In this document: positions 1 through 9,333 of the stretch, piece by piece | Position numbering within the stretch: position 1 is the stretch's first letter | Layout of the letters: every line of letters starts with the position of its first letter | From: Bacilli bacterium | GTDB taxonomy: Bacteria > Bacillota_I > Bacilli_A > ML615J-28 > CAG-698 | Assembly: GCA_028691515.1 (NCBI GenBank) | Contig: JAQUZE010000003.1 | Location: 64,399 to 128,398, forward strand | Direction: 5' to 3' | DNA length: 64,000 bases | The notes under the pieces: generated by a model | What the model saw: only the letters and a program-made list of their open reading frames with translations | Told to the model about the DNA's origin: nothing | The model's database searches: none | Translations under genes and position numbers: made by a program

Positions 1-90
1 TAATCCTGCAATTGTAAATATACGATAATTAAAGGATTAAATTCTGCTATTAACAATAATATATTATATTATTGACAATATATATTTTAA

Positions 91-120
91 AAAGGTCTCA
101 ATAGATGAGACCTTTTTTTA
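91..120. terminator. Rho-independent terminator hairpin (GGTCTCA/TGAGACC) flanked by an A-run and a T-run, downstream of aroA
   Basis: Seen in sequence: aaaaaggtctcaatagatgagaccttttttt. Confidence 0.6.
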
Positions 121-122
121 TT

Positions 123-1373
123 TTATTCAATTAAAACATTCATTCTTTTTAAATCATAAATAAACTTAGGATATGATTTTTTTATACATTCTTCATTAGT
201 TATTGTTGCACCAAAAGGTAGAATTGTTGCTAAAACAGCTAAAGCCATAAAAATTCGATGATCGTTATGTGAAGAAAAGTTAATTTCTTGATTAACATTT
301 ATCCCACCATTAATAATAACTGAATCAAATGTTGAATAAATATCTACTCCTATTTTTTTTAATTCTACTTCCATCGAAGCAACTCGATCAGATTCTTTAA
401 TTCTTAACCTACTTGCATTAATAAACTCAAACTTATCATTAACAGTAGCAGCAATAACCATCAAAATCGGTCCTAAATCAGGACAGTCTTTTAAATCGAT
501 GATTCCTCCTCTTAAAACAGACGGTTTGACAATAATCTTATTGCCTTTTTCCATAATGTTTCCATTAAGTTTCTTAACAATATCTATCATTTGTTTATCG
601 CCCTGAATTGAATTTTTATTAAAATTACCAATAATAACCTTAGAATTAATTAAACCTAATCCAATAAAAAAAGCTGCTTGAGAATAGTCTCCTTCACAAT
701 TTATATTGAAGGATTGATACTTTTGATTACCATTAATCAAATATAAGTTTTGTTTTTTTTCAACTTTTATCTGTGCTTTTTTAAGAACTGATAAAGTAAG
801 ATTAACATAAGATAACGATTCAATAGGTCTTATTACTTTCAATACCGAATCACTATGTAATAATGGCAAAGCAAAAAGTAATCCAGAGATAAATTGACTA
901 GAAATAAATCCTGGTATTTCATATAATCCTGCTTTTAATGGACCAGTAAATTCAATTATATCTTTTCCAAAAATAAAATTAAGTTTTTGTTTTAAAAAAA
1001 TATCTTGATAAACAGAAAAAGGTCTTTCTAATAACCTTTCACTAGTTCTAATTATTGTTTTATTAGAAAGTGCTCCTAAAACAGGAATTGCAAGCCTTAA
1101 AGTTGTTGCTGAATCTTTCATAATTAGAGAAGCATTTTTTATATTATTATTTTTGTCTTCGTATACAATAATCGTATTTTTATTAACTTTAATTTTTTTC
1201 TTAAATAATTTTAAAAACTCAATACTATCATTTATATCATTACTAAAACTTACATTTTTTATTACAGTTTTTCCCTCTGCAAGTGCCGCAGCAAAAAGAT
1301 ATCTATGAAGTAAACTTTTAGAACTTGGAACAATAACTTTGTTTCTGTTTTTAGATGGATGAATTCTAATCAT
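123..1373 (-). CDS. aroA: 3-phosphoshikimate 1-carboxyvinyltransferase (EPSP synthase)
   Basis: 416 aa. Typical EPSP synthase N-terminus (KSLLHRYLFAAALAEG...) and length. Last gene of the aro operon. Confidence 0.9.
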   Translation of the reverse strand: MIRIHPSKNRNKVIVPSSKSLLHRYLFAAALAEGKTVIKNVSFSNDINDSIEFLKLFKKKIKVNKNTIIVYEDKNNNIKNASLIMKDSATTLRLAIPVLGALSNKTIIRTSERLLERPFSVYQDIFLKQKLNFIFGKDIIEFTGPLKAGLYEIPGFISSQFISGLLFALPLLHSDSVLKVIRPIESLSYVNLTLSVLKKAQIKVEKKQNLYLINGNQKYQSFNINCEGDYSQAAFFIGLGLINSKVIIGNFNKNSIQGDKQMIDIVKKLNGNIMEKGNKIIVKPSVLRGGIIDLKDCPDLGPILMVIAATVNDKFEFINASRLRIKESDRVASMEVELKKIGVDIYSTFDSVIINGGINVNQEINFSSHNDHRIFMALAVLATILPFGATITNEECIKKSYPKFIYDLKRMNVLIE

Positions 1374-2388
1374 GACCTAACTCTTTATCTAAAGCATGTG
1401 CTACTAATTTTCCCTTTTTCATTAATTTCGTAAAATTTTCTAAAGTAAGAGATTGTCCTCCATCACTTAGGGCATGTTCTGGGTCTTGATGAATTTCAAT
1501 TATCAAACCATCTGCTCCACTTGCAATAGCAGCAAGTGACATTGGTTCTACCAAACTCCATTTTCCTGTTCCATGTGAAGGGTCAACAATTATTGGCAGT
1601 GGAGAAATTTCTTTTATTAAAGGAACAGCAGATAAATCAAGTGTATTTCTAGTTGCATTCTCAAAAGTTCTTATTCCTCTTTCACATAAAATTACATTTT
1701 GATTTCCTTCATTCATAATATATTCTGCAGCTAGTAACCATTCTTCAACGGTAGCAGCATACCCTCTTTTTAATAGAATAGGCTTATTAACCTTGCCAAC
1801 AGCTTTTAACAATTCATAATTTTGCATATTCCTTGATCCAATCTGAATTAGATCAACATATTTCGTAAATAAATCAATATTGTCAGCTGTTGTTAGTTCA
1901 GAAACAACCGGCAAGTTATACTTCTTCCCTGCTTCACTTAAAAGTCTTATGCCTTCTTCTTCTAATCCCCTAAAAGCATATGGAGAAGTTCTAGGTTTAT
2001 AGGCACCACCTCTTAACATATCAGCACCAAGCTCTTTAGCCTTTTCTGCAATTAATAAAATTTGCTCTCTGCTTTCAACTGCACAAGGACCAGCAATTAT
2101 AATAACTCTATTTTTCTGGCCAACATCTAAATTACCAATCCTAATAATTACATCCTCAGGTTGCAATACTCTACTAACTTTTCTTAAAGGAGACGTAAGA
2201 GCTGTTACTTTTTCAATAAAAGGATATGCTAACAAACTCTTTTTATCTAATTTAGAAATATTACCAGATAAATACAAATTAAGATTATCTCCTGGCAAAT
2301 TTATAAAAGAAATATTTTCTTTTTCTAAATTTGTTCTTAACAAGATTAAATCTTCTTCTTTAACAATATTTTTTAAAGTAATTATCAT
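1366..2388 (-). CDS. 3-deoxy-7-phosphoheptulonate (DAHP) synthase, type I-beta, with N-terminal regulatory extension
   Basis: 340 aa. DAHP/KDO8P synthase core (GPCAVES...GADMLRGGAYKPRTSPYAFRGL...IGSRNMQN). Confidence 0.85.
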   Translation of the reverse strand: MIITLKNIVKEEDLILLRTNLEKENISFINLPGDNLNLYLSGNISKLDKKSLLAYPFIEKVTALTSPLRKVSRVLQPEDVIIRIGNLDVGQKNRVIIIAGPCAVESREQILLIAEKAKELGADMLRGGAYKPRTSPYAFRGLEEEGIRLLSEAGKKYNLPVVSELTTADNIDLFTKYVDLIQIGSRNMQNYELLKAVGKVNKPILLKRGYAATVEEWLLAAEYIMNEGNQNVILCERGIRTFENATRNTLDLSAVPLIKEISPLPIIVDPSHGTGKWSLVEPMSLAAIASGADGLIIEIHQDPEHALSDGGQSLTLENFTKLMKKGKLVAHALDKELGHD

Positions 2389-2400
2389 TTAAAATCTCCT

Positions 2401-3642
2401 TTATTCATAATTAGATATTTTTTTATAAACAAGACTAATAGAATTTTTCAATTTATAATTATTAGTTATAATAATATCAGCATGTTTTAAATATAAATCA
2501 TATCTTTCATTTTTTATTTTTAATAAATCATCATAATTTTTTATTAATGGTCTTTTCCCCGGTCTTAAAATCATTTTATCATAATCTCTATTTAAAAAAA
2601 CTAATAATCCATTTGCCTTTAAAAGTTCCATAGACTCATCATTTAAAACTACTCCGCCGCCTGTATCAATAATTTGATTTGTTTTTTGAGAATATTCTTT
2701 AATTAAGCTAACTTCTTTCTTGCGAAAATAATCTTCACCCTTTTTAGCAAAAATTTCGCTAACAGACATTTTTTCACTAGCTACTAGAATTTTATCGATT
2801 GAAACTAATTTTTTATTAGTTTTTTTAGCAATATATTTACCAACAGTAGTCTTTCCCGATGCCGGCAAACCTATAAACACTATATTTCTTAGTGTATCTT
2901 GTAAATCTTTGTAAATCTTCAAAGCTTTTGCATTATCTATTTTAATATTTTGAAATAATTCTGACGCTTTTTTAGCTTGAAAAACAAGCATCATCAAGCC
3001 ATTTATATATTTTATTCCTTTTTCTTTTGCATCAAGCAATAACTTCGTCCTTAACGGATTATAAATTACATCAATTACAACTTCAAGATTATTAAATATA
3101 CTAATATCAATAACACTATTTCTATAATCTGGACTTACACCAACAGGAGTAGTATTGATAATAATATTTGGTTGCAATTTTTCTGTTATTTTACTATATG
3201 TAATATCTCCTTTTAAAGAATCTCTAGATGCAATAATAATACTACTTGCATATAAATCTTCCAACACTGCTTTAACAGTTCTAGATGTAGCACCTGATCC
3301 TAATATTAAACAATTTTTATTATATACTACAACCTTATTTTCTTGCAATAAAGTCTTAAAGCCATAATAATCAGTATTATATCCATATAATTTTCCTGAT
3401 TTATTAATAATCGTATTACAAGAATTAGTTTTAATTACTTCTTCCGATAAATTATCAAGATATTTAATTACTATTTCTTTATAAGGAATAGTAACATTGA
3501 TTCCTTTAAAGTCTTTTTCTGTAATAAAAGTTTTAAAATTATCTTCTAAAATATCATAGAACTTATACTCATATCCCCCAAACTTACTATGTACATCTGG
3601 CGAATATGAATAACTAATATTTTTTCCTAATAATCCATACAC
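2401..3642 (-). CDS. Bifunctional shikimate dehydrogenase (AroE, N-terminal) / shikimate kinase (AroK, C-terminal) fusion
   Basis: 413 aa. N-terminal AroE motifs (LLGKNISYSYSPDVH...). C-terminal P-loop kinase (IVFIGLPASGKTTVGK). Confidence 0.85.
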   Translation of the reverse strand: MYGLLGKNISYSYSPDVHSKFGGYEYKFYDILEDNFKTFITEKDFKGINVTIPYKEIVIKYLDNLSEEVIKTNSCNTIINKSGKLYGYNTDYYGFKTLLQENKVVVYNKNCLILGSGATSRTVKAVLEDLYASSIIIASRDSLKGDITYSKITEKLQPNIIINTTPVGVSPDYRNSVIDISIFNNLEVVIDVIYNPLRTKLLLDAKEKGIKYINGLMMLVFQAKKASELFQNIKIDNAKALKIYKDLQDTLRNIVFIGLPASGKTTVGKYIAKKTNKKLVSIDKILVASEKMSVSEIFAKKGEDYFRKKEVSLIKEYSQKTNQIIDTGGGVVLNDESMELLKANGLLVFLNRDYDKMILRPGKRPLIKNYDDLLKIKNERYDLYLKHADIIITNNYKLKNSISLVYKKISNYE

Positions 3643-4730
3643 TATTTATCCATCCAATCTTGACCATAAACATTCATATACAAATCAACTAAACCAAAGG
3701 CCAACATACTATTTATGATTGGAAGTGCACGTGGAACAATACAAGAATCATGTCTACCAGTTAATTGTAATATCTCTTCTTGCAAATTTTTTAGATTAAT
3801 TGTACTTATAGGTTTTCCAATAGATACTGGTGCTTTAATAGCTGTATTAACTAATATTGGCATACCATTAGTTAATCCACCATTAATTCCACCCATATGA
3901 TTATGATTAGTTTTAATTTTTCCATCATAATATAAATTATCTAAAGTATTACTACCAAATTCCTTAGTAATACTAAATCCATCTCCAAAGCTAACACCTT
4001 TTACAGACGGAATTGAAAACAATAAATGACTAAATACTGATTCGATACTATTAAAGAATGGTTCACCAATCCCAACATCAACTCCCAAAATTGCAGTTTC
4101 AACAACACCACCAACAGAATCTTTTGCTTCTTTTGCATCTTCTATAACCTTAATCATAGAATCTTTTACTTCTTTTAAATAAACTGGAAAATCTTTAGTT
4201 ATAAAATTCTTATAATTACTAATTTCTAATTCATTCATAGATATATCATTAACTGTATGAATAGATTTGATGTGACTTATTATTTCAATATTCTTATTAT
4301 TTAATATTTTTTCACAAATCGCTCCCAAAATAACAATTAAAACTGTAATTCTTCCACTAAAATGACCACTTCCACGATAATCTTGATATCCATTATATTT
4401 TACATAAGCAGGATAGTCAGCATGACCACTCCTTGGAAGAAATTTATTTTTTTCATAATCTTTAGAATCAATATCTTCATTATAAACCAAGAATGTAAGT
4501 GGGGCTCCTGTTGTAAAACCATTAAAAAAACCACTTATTATCTCATAAGAATCTTTTTCTTTTCTCTTAGTTCCTAAAATATTCGGTCTTCTTTCTGCTA
4601 ATTTCTGATTAATAAAATCTAAATCTAATTTAATCCCCGCCTTTAATCCATTAATAGTTAATCCCATAATTTTATTATGGGATTCACCAAATATAGATAC
4701 TATTAAATTTTTACCAAATATTGATGCCAT
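3642..4730 (-). CDS. aroC: Chorismate synthase
   Basis: 362 aa. N-terminus MASIFGKNLIVSIFGESHN... and conserved RHDSCIVPRA region. Confidence 0.9.
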   Translation of the reverse strand: MASIFGKNLIVSIFGESHNKIMGLTINGLKAGIKLDLDFINQKLAERRPNILGTKRKEKDSYEIISGFFNGFTTGAPLTFLVYNEDIDSKDYEKNKFLPRSGHADYPAYVKYNGYQDYRGSGHFSGRITVLIVILGAICEKILNNKNIEIISHIKSIHTVNDISMNELEISNYKNFITKDFPVYLKEVKDSMIKVIEDAKEAKDSVGGVVETAILGVDVGIGEPFFNSIESVFSHLLFSIPSVKGVSFGDGFSITKEFGSNTLDNLYYDGKIKTNHNHMGGINGGLTNGMPILVNTAIKAPVSIGKPISTINLKNLQEEILQLTGRHDSCIVPRALPIINSMLAFGLVDLYMNVYGQDWMDK

Positions 4731-4736
4731 ATTAAA

Positions 4737-5750
4737 TCACTTTCCTAAAAGATCTACTAATTCTTCTGCAGTAACTTGTCTAATATGATATTTATTCATA
4801 TTTTCTAAGAAAACAGCTTCAATTTTGCCATTTTTTGCTTTTTTATCATTTTGAAGATATGTTAAAAGCATATTTTTATCAATATTAGCTATAAGAGTAT
4901 CGACATCTAGCCCCATTCTTATAATTATATTCTTAACTTTATTTTGTAATTCTTTATCCTCAATCATATATATTAAACCAATAGCAATAGATTCACCATG
5001 AAGTAGTTTATCAAGGTGATAAGAGCTCTCTATACCATGTCCTAAAGTATGACCAAAATTTAAAATATGACGAATTCCAAAATCTTTTTCATCTTTTTCA
5101 ACAATTTTTTTCTTTGCAAGAATTGATCTTTCTATAACTTCTAAAATATTTTTTGAATATATTCCTTCTTCAAAAAAATTAAATAATTTTTTATCAAGTA
5201 ATAATCCCATCTTTAAAGCTTCAAACATTCCATTAATATAATGTCTTCTTGGAAGACTATCTAAAACTTCTGGGTCAATTAAAACTAAATCTGGAGCATA
5301 AAAAGATCCGACAACATTCTTTATATTGCTGAAATTAAGGGCATTTTTACTCCCTACTGCACTATCCATCATTGACATTGTAGTTGTAGGGATCATAACT
5401 AACTTACATCCTCGTTTAAATACAGACGCTGTAAATCCTGTTAAATCTCCAATAACTCCACCACCCAAAGCAATTATTGTATCGCTTCTACTAAATTTTT
5501 TATTCACAAGGTAATCTAAAATTTGTGTAAATGTTTCTATAGATTTACTGCTTTCTCCGGCCTTAACTTTATACGTAAAAACTTCAGGAAATTGCCTTAC
5601 AATGTTATTTAATTTAACATTATCAATATTTTCATCATAAATTATCAAAGTCTTCTCTAAGACATTTAAATAATCTTTTAAATGCCCCAAAATTGCTTTT
5701 TCAAAGATGATATTATATTTATTATTTTTTGAATTAATTACTATTTCCAT
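4737..5750 (-). CDS. aroB: 3-dehydroquinate synthase
   Basis: 337 aa. GGGVIGDLTGFTA glycine-rich NAD motif and metal-binding His region (HTLGHGIE). Confidence 0.9.
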   Translation of the reverse strand: MEIVINSKNNKYNIIFEKAILGHLKDYLNVLEKTLIIYDENIDNVKLNNIVRQFPEVFTYKVKAGESSKSIETFTQILDYLVNKKFSRSDTIIALGGGVIGDLTGFTASVFKRGCKLVMIPTTTMSMMDSAVGSKNALNFSNIKNVVGSFYAPDLVLIDPEVLDSLPRRHYINGMFEALKMGLLLDKKLFNFFEEGIYSKNILEVIERSILAKKKIVEKDEKDFGIRHILNFGHTLGHGIESSYHLDKLLHGESIAIGLIYMIEDKELQNKVKNIIIRMGLDVDTLIANIDKNMLLTYLQNDKKAKNGKIEAVFLENMNKYHIRQVTAEELVDLLGK

Positions 5751-5882
5751 GCGTTTTCTCCTTATAGTATAATTATTATACTAATATTTACTTAAATTTG
5801 CAATAAAAGTTAATTTCTAATTATTATTATTTAAGCATTATACTATATATTTATGATATAATTTAAGAAAGGAGATTATTTA

Positions 5883-6164
5883 ATGAAAGATTTAGATATG
5901 TTTAGACAAATAATTGATAATATTGATAAACACATTGTTATTTTATTTAACATGAGAATGGAAACTATCAAAGAATTATCTTTTTATAAACAAAATAATA
6001 ATATTCCAATTAATGATAACCAAAGAGAAATAGAATTAATTGAAAAAAATAAAAATCTTATAAATAAAGATTTTTATAAATATTACGAACAATTATATAA
6101 AGAAATTTTAAAAATTTCCAAAGACTACCAAAAAAACATAATTAATCATAAGGAGAAAATATGA
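5883..6164 (+). CDS. Chorismate mutase, AroQ class (small, all-helical)
   Basis: 93 aa. Pattern MDMFRQIIDNIDKHIVILFNMRMETIKELSFYK typical of AroQ chorismate mutase. Divergent from the aro operon. Confidence 0.6.
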   Translation: MKDLDMFRQIIDNIDKHIVILFNMRMETIKELSFYKQNNNIPINDNQREIELIEKNKNLINKDFYKYYEQLYKEILKISKDYQKNIINHKEKI

Positions 6165-6619
6165 TACTTAATAAAAAAATAGACGATTTTACTCTTCCAA
6201 ATGAACTAGGCGAAGAAATATCTTTAAGTAATTTCTTAGGAAAAAAAGTTGTTATTTATTTTTACCCAAAAGATTTTACACCCGGATGTGAACAACAAGC
6301 TTGTTCATTTCGAAATTTAGATAAAGAATATAAAGAACTTGATACAATCGTTATTGGAATTAGCAAAGATACAGTTGCAAGTCATAAAAAATTTAAAGAA
6401 AAATTTAATTTGCCTTTTATTTTATTAAGCGATCCCGAAAGAAAAATATTAAAAAAATTTAATGTTATTGTTGAAAAGAAAATGTTTGGAAAATCTGTTT
6501 TAGGAACTTCTAGAGATACTTATATTTTAAATGAAAAACATGAACTAGTTAAAATATATAAAAAAGTTGATCCCAAAGACAATGCAAATGAAATATTAGA
6601 ATTTTTAAAAACAATTTAA
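6161..6619 (+). CDS. bcp: Thioredoxin-dependent peroxiredoxin Bcp
   Basis: 152 aa. FYPKDFTPGCEQQACSFRN peroxidatic cysteine motif. Confidence 0.85.
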   Translation: MILNKKIDDFTLPNELGEEISLSNFLGKKVVIYFYPKDFTPGCEQQACSFRNLDKEYKELDTIVIGISKDTVASHKKFKEKFNLPFILLSDPERKILKKFNVIVEKKMFGKSVLGTSRDTYILNEKHELVKIYKKVDPKDNANEILEFLKTI

Positions 6620-6650
6620 AAATCATACCCAAAAGGGTATGATTTTTTAT
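6620..6650. terminator. Bidirectional rho-independent terminator between convergent bcp and the TIR-like gene
   Basis: aatcatacccaaaagggtatgattttttat: 9-bp stem, 4-nt loop, T-run. Confidence 0.6.
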
Positions 6651-7189
6651 TCTTCTTCAGAAACTCCATATAAATTTTCATAAATAGTTAAAGGAAATCT
6701 AAAATTACCTTTTTTCTTTTTTTGAACAAATTTTTTATTCATATCTGGCCAATTTTTTACTGCAAGTTCAAAAACTTTTTCTTCCATTGGAATATGTAGA
6801 GATAAATTTCCTCTCTTTAGCTTTGCAGGAATAAGAGAGAAATCAACTGATCTAATCGGAGTTAAATTTAAGCAAATTGTTGGATGGTCACTATTTCTCA
6901 AATACATAACTTGCCAACTAATAAACTTACGCATTGATTTTGTTTTTTTAGAAATAATAATAACTGCCAGATCTGATTCATCAATCAGTTTATAAATTTC
7001 TTCTTTAATATTGTCATCTGGTTCTTTGTCGATTTTTTTCTTTAAATCATAGCAATTATAAAAAATATAGTTATTACCCTCACTATCTTTAAATTGAGAT
7101 AATTTGTTAAATACCTCTAAATCTTCTGCTCCATCAAAAGCTACAAATATTTTTTTATCCATTATGTTCTCCTTTCTAACTTTGATCAC
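6647..7189 (-). CDS. TIR-like (DUF1863 / ThsB-like) domain protein. The true start is probably the internal Met (MDKKIF...) near 7162.
   Basis: KIFVAFDGAEDLE...IKEEIYKLIDESDLAVIIISKKTKSMRKFISWQVMYL matches the TIR-like fold pattern (beta-A FxxF, acidic helix, S..W). Confidence 0.5.
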   Translation of the reverse strand: MIKVRKENIMDKKIFVAFDGAEDLEVFNKLSQFKDSEGNNYIFYNCYDLKKKIDKEPDDNIKEEIYKLIDESDLAVIIISKKTKSMRKFISWQVMYLRNSDHPTICLNLTPIRSVDFSLIPAKLKRGNLSLHIPMEEKVFELAVKNWPDMNKKFVQKKKKGNFRFPLTIYENLYGVSEEE

Positions 7190-7214
7190 AATTTATTATA
7201 TCATATATGTGAAT

Positions 7215-7904
7215 TTATTTAAAGACGTCACGAAGTTTATATCCCGCTTTAATAATGACTTCCTTTACTAAACAATCCATTGAATCTACTAAAATATAAT
7301 TCGCTAAACAATTTTTAAATAAAGATAATTCCGTACATGCTAATAAATATATACTGTCTTTATCTTCTAATAAATCAATAAATTTATCCAAAAGTGTTAA
7401 AGGATTAATTCCGCTTTTAATTTGATAAATAATTTCTTGTAATAGCTTCTGTTTTTTATAATCTAAATAATTTAAATCAAGATTTTTACTATAAATATTA
7501 TTCAAAAATATATTCGTTTTTATTATTCCTCTTGTACCAAGAATTATAATTTTCTTATTTTTATAATTATTAAATAAACATTTAAGAGCAGTATCAACAA
7601 TGCTTATAAAATTCATACCGGAAAAATCTAAATCATCAACATAATAATGAGCAGTATTACAAGCAATGATAATATTTCTAGCTCCAATCTTCCTAATATC
7701 ATTAATAGTTTTATTAATTTCATTAATAGGTGATTTATCTCCATATAAAATATTATCAGTTCTATCAGGAATATTTGAATTGTTTAGAATAATAATTTTC
7801 ATATGTTCACTATCATTAGTTGCCTCTGTCATCGCAATTATTCTATCAAATATTTCAACTGTAGCTTTAGACCCCATTCCCCCAACTATACCTAAATCAT
7901 ACAT
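7215..7904 (-). CDS. Aspartate/glutamate racemase family protein (aspartate racemase-like)
   Basis: 229 aa. Two catalytic-Cys regions (IIACNTAHYY, LLACTELSL). Confidence 0.75.
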   Translation of the reverse strand: MYDLGIVGGMGSKATVEIFDRIIAMTEATNDSEHMKIIILNNSNIPDRTDNILYGDKSPINEINKTINDIRKIGARNIIIACNTAHYYVDDLDFSGMNFISIVDTALKCLFNNYKNKKIIILGTRGIIKTNIFLNNIYSKNLDLNYLDYKKQKLLQEIIYQIKSGINPLTLLDKFIDLLEDKDSIYLLACTELSLFKNCLANYILVDSMDCLVKEVIIKAGYKLRDVFK

Positions 7905-7914
7905 ATATTAACTC

Positions 7915-9333
7915 CTATAAATTTGTTATTAATAAATCATCAATAGCCTCTAAATACTCATTAATTGAATCTTTTATTTTACCTTTATAACTTTTTACTG
8001 AAAAATTAAATAGCAAAGAGTTCAAAACGGCTTCTTCAACAGCTTCAACAACACCTCTAAATACTGTATCAATATATTCATCTTGAAGCGTATTAATATT
8101 ATTAAAAGCTTCCTTTGAATAATGTCTAATTATATTTGCTGTTGAAAAAGCTAAGACAACATCTCCACTTCCATTTCCCATATAAGAGCCGGTATTACCT
8201 ATTCCAATAATAGCACGTTTACATAATCTTTTTAGCTGTCTATTATCTAGAGGAATATCTGTAGCTATAACTACAGCAATAGATCCCCTATCTTGCACCT
8301 CTTCTTGTAAATCATTAATTATATTCCCCACAAATTTTTTATTAAAAACTAAATCATTACTATTGCCTTTAAAATTAGAATTTACTATAACTCCTATATT
8401 ATAATTAGAATCTTCTATTTTCACTATTCTTGAAGAAGAACCAATTCCACCTTTAAAACCATGACAACACATTCCTGAACCAGCGCCATATGAACCTTGT
8501 AAAAAATAAGATTCTGCATTTTTAATTGCTTTATTAACATCTTCATCATTAAGGAAAATATCTCTTATATTATTAATACTACTATCATTACACTCCATTA
8601 CAATAGGATTTACTGTTCCGGTAGACAAACCAATATCCTCGTTATTTTCAATCATATATTTAATTAAACCATTTGTAACTACTCCAATACTTAAAGTATT
8701 AGTAAATAATATTGGTGTTTCTATTGTTCCAAGTTCTTCAACTTGAATAAAACCAACTGGTTTAGAGAAGCCATTACCAACATAACAACTTGCTAAAAGC
8801 TTATTCTTAAAAACATTATCAGCGTGAGGAATAATTGCAGTAATCCCTGTGTGATGAATCGAATCATGATAAGTTGTGTGGCCTACTTTTACTCCTGGAA
8901 CATCTGTAATTGAATTATTTTTCCCAGTATCTAGTATTCCCACCTTAACAAGCCTATTTATATCTTTAGCATTATTTTTTAAAATAATAAAATCATTTTC
9001 TTCTTTATAAGGATAATTAATTTTTGTAAATTGATTTTTAAAAGAAGAAAAAATTTTTTTATTAATTTTAATTTCTTCAAAAATATATCTTTTGATAATT
9101 AAGTATTTTGAAATCAAATAATAAGCGTATTCTGGTTTATCAACTTTTATCAATGTAATCTCATCATTAATAAATTCTAAAAAGCCATATATATTATTAT
9201 TTTCATAAACTATAATCAATTCCTTTTTGTAAAAGTCACATTTATATTTACATGTGACTTTATCTATAAGATGTGACTTTTTATTTCTATTGAAATATTT
9301 AGTATTAATCATATAATAATTTCCTAAAATCAT
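7915..9333 (-). CDS. S58/DmpA-family (P1) aminopeptidase with a ~130-aa N-terminal domain of unknown function
   Basis: C-terminal 340 aa match DmpA/OAT-like peptidases (VGHTT...GSYGAGSGMCCHGFKGGIGSSSR). Confidence 0.65.
   Translation of the reverse strand: MILGNYYMINTKYFNRNKKSHLIDKVTCKYKCDFYKKELIIVYENNNIYGFLEFINDEITLIKVDKPEYAYYLISKYLIIKRYIFEEIKINKKIFSSFKNQFTKINYPYKEENDFIILKNNAKDINRLVKVGILDTGKNNSITDVPGVKVGHTTYHDSIHHTGITAIIPHADNVFKNKLLASCYVGNGFSKPVGFIQVEELGTIETPILFTNTLSIGVVTNGLIKYMIENNEDIGLSTGTVNPIVMECNDSSINNIRDIFLNDEDVNKAIKNAESYFLQGSYGAGSGMCCHGFKGGIGSSSRIVKIEDSNYNIGVIVNSNFKGNSNDLVFNKKFVGNIINDLQEEVQDRGSIAVVIATDIPLDNRQLKRLCKRAIIGIGNTGSYMGNGSGDVVLAFSTANIIRHYSKEAFNNINTLQDEYIDTVFRGVVEAVEEAVLNSLLFNFSVKSYKGKIKDSINEYLEAIDDLLITNL

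Noticed and set aside
6647-7904. Complete Thoeris system (ThsA + ThsB)
   Set aside because: Only the ThsB-like TIR gene is present. The neighbours are bcp and an Asp/Glu racemase-family gene, with no SIR2 or macro-SLOG ThsA-like gene.
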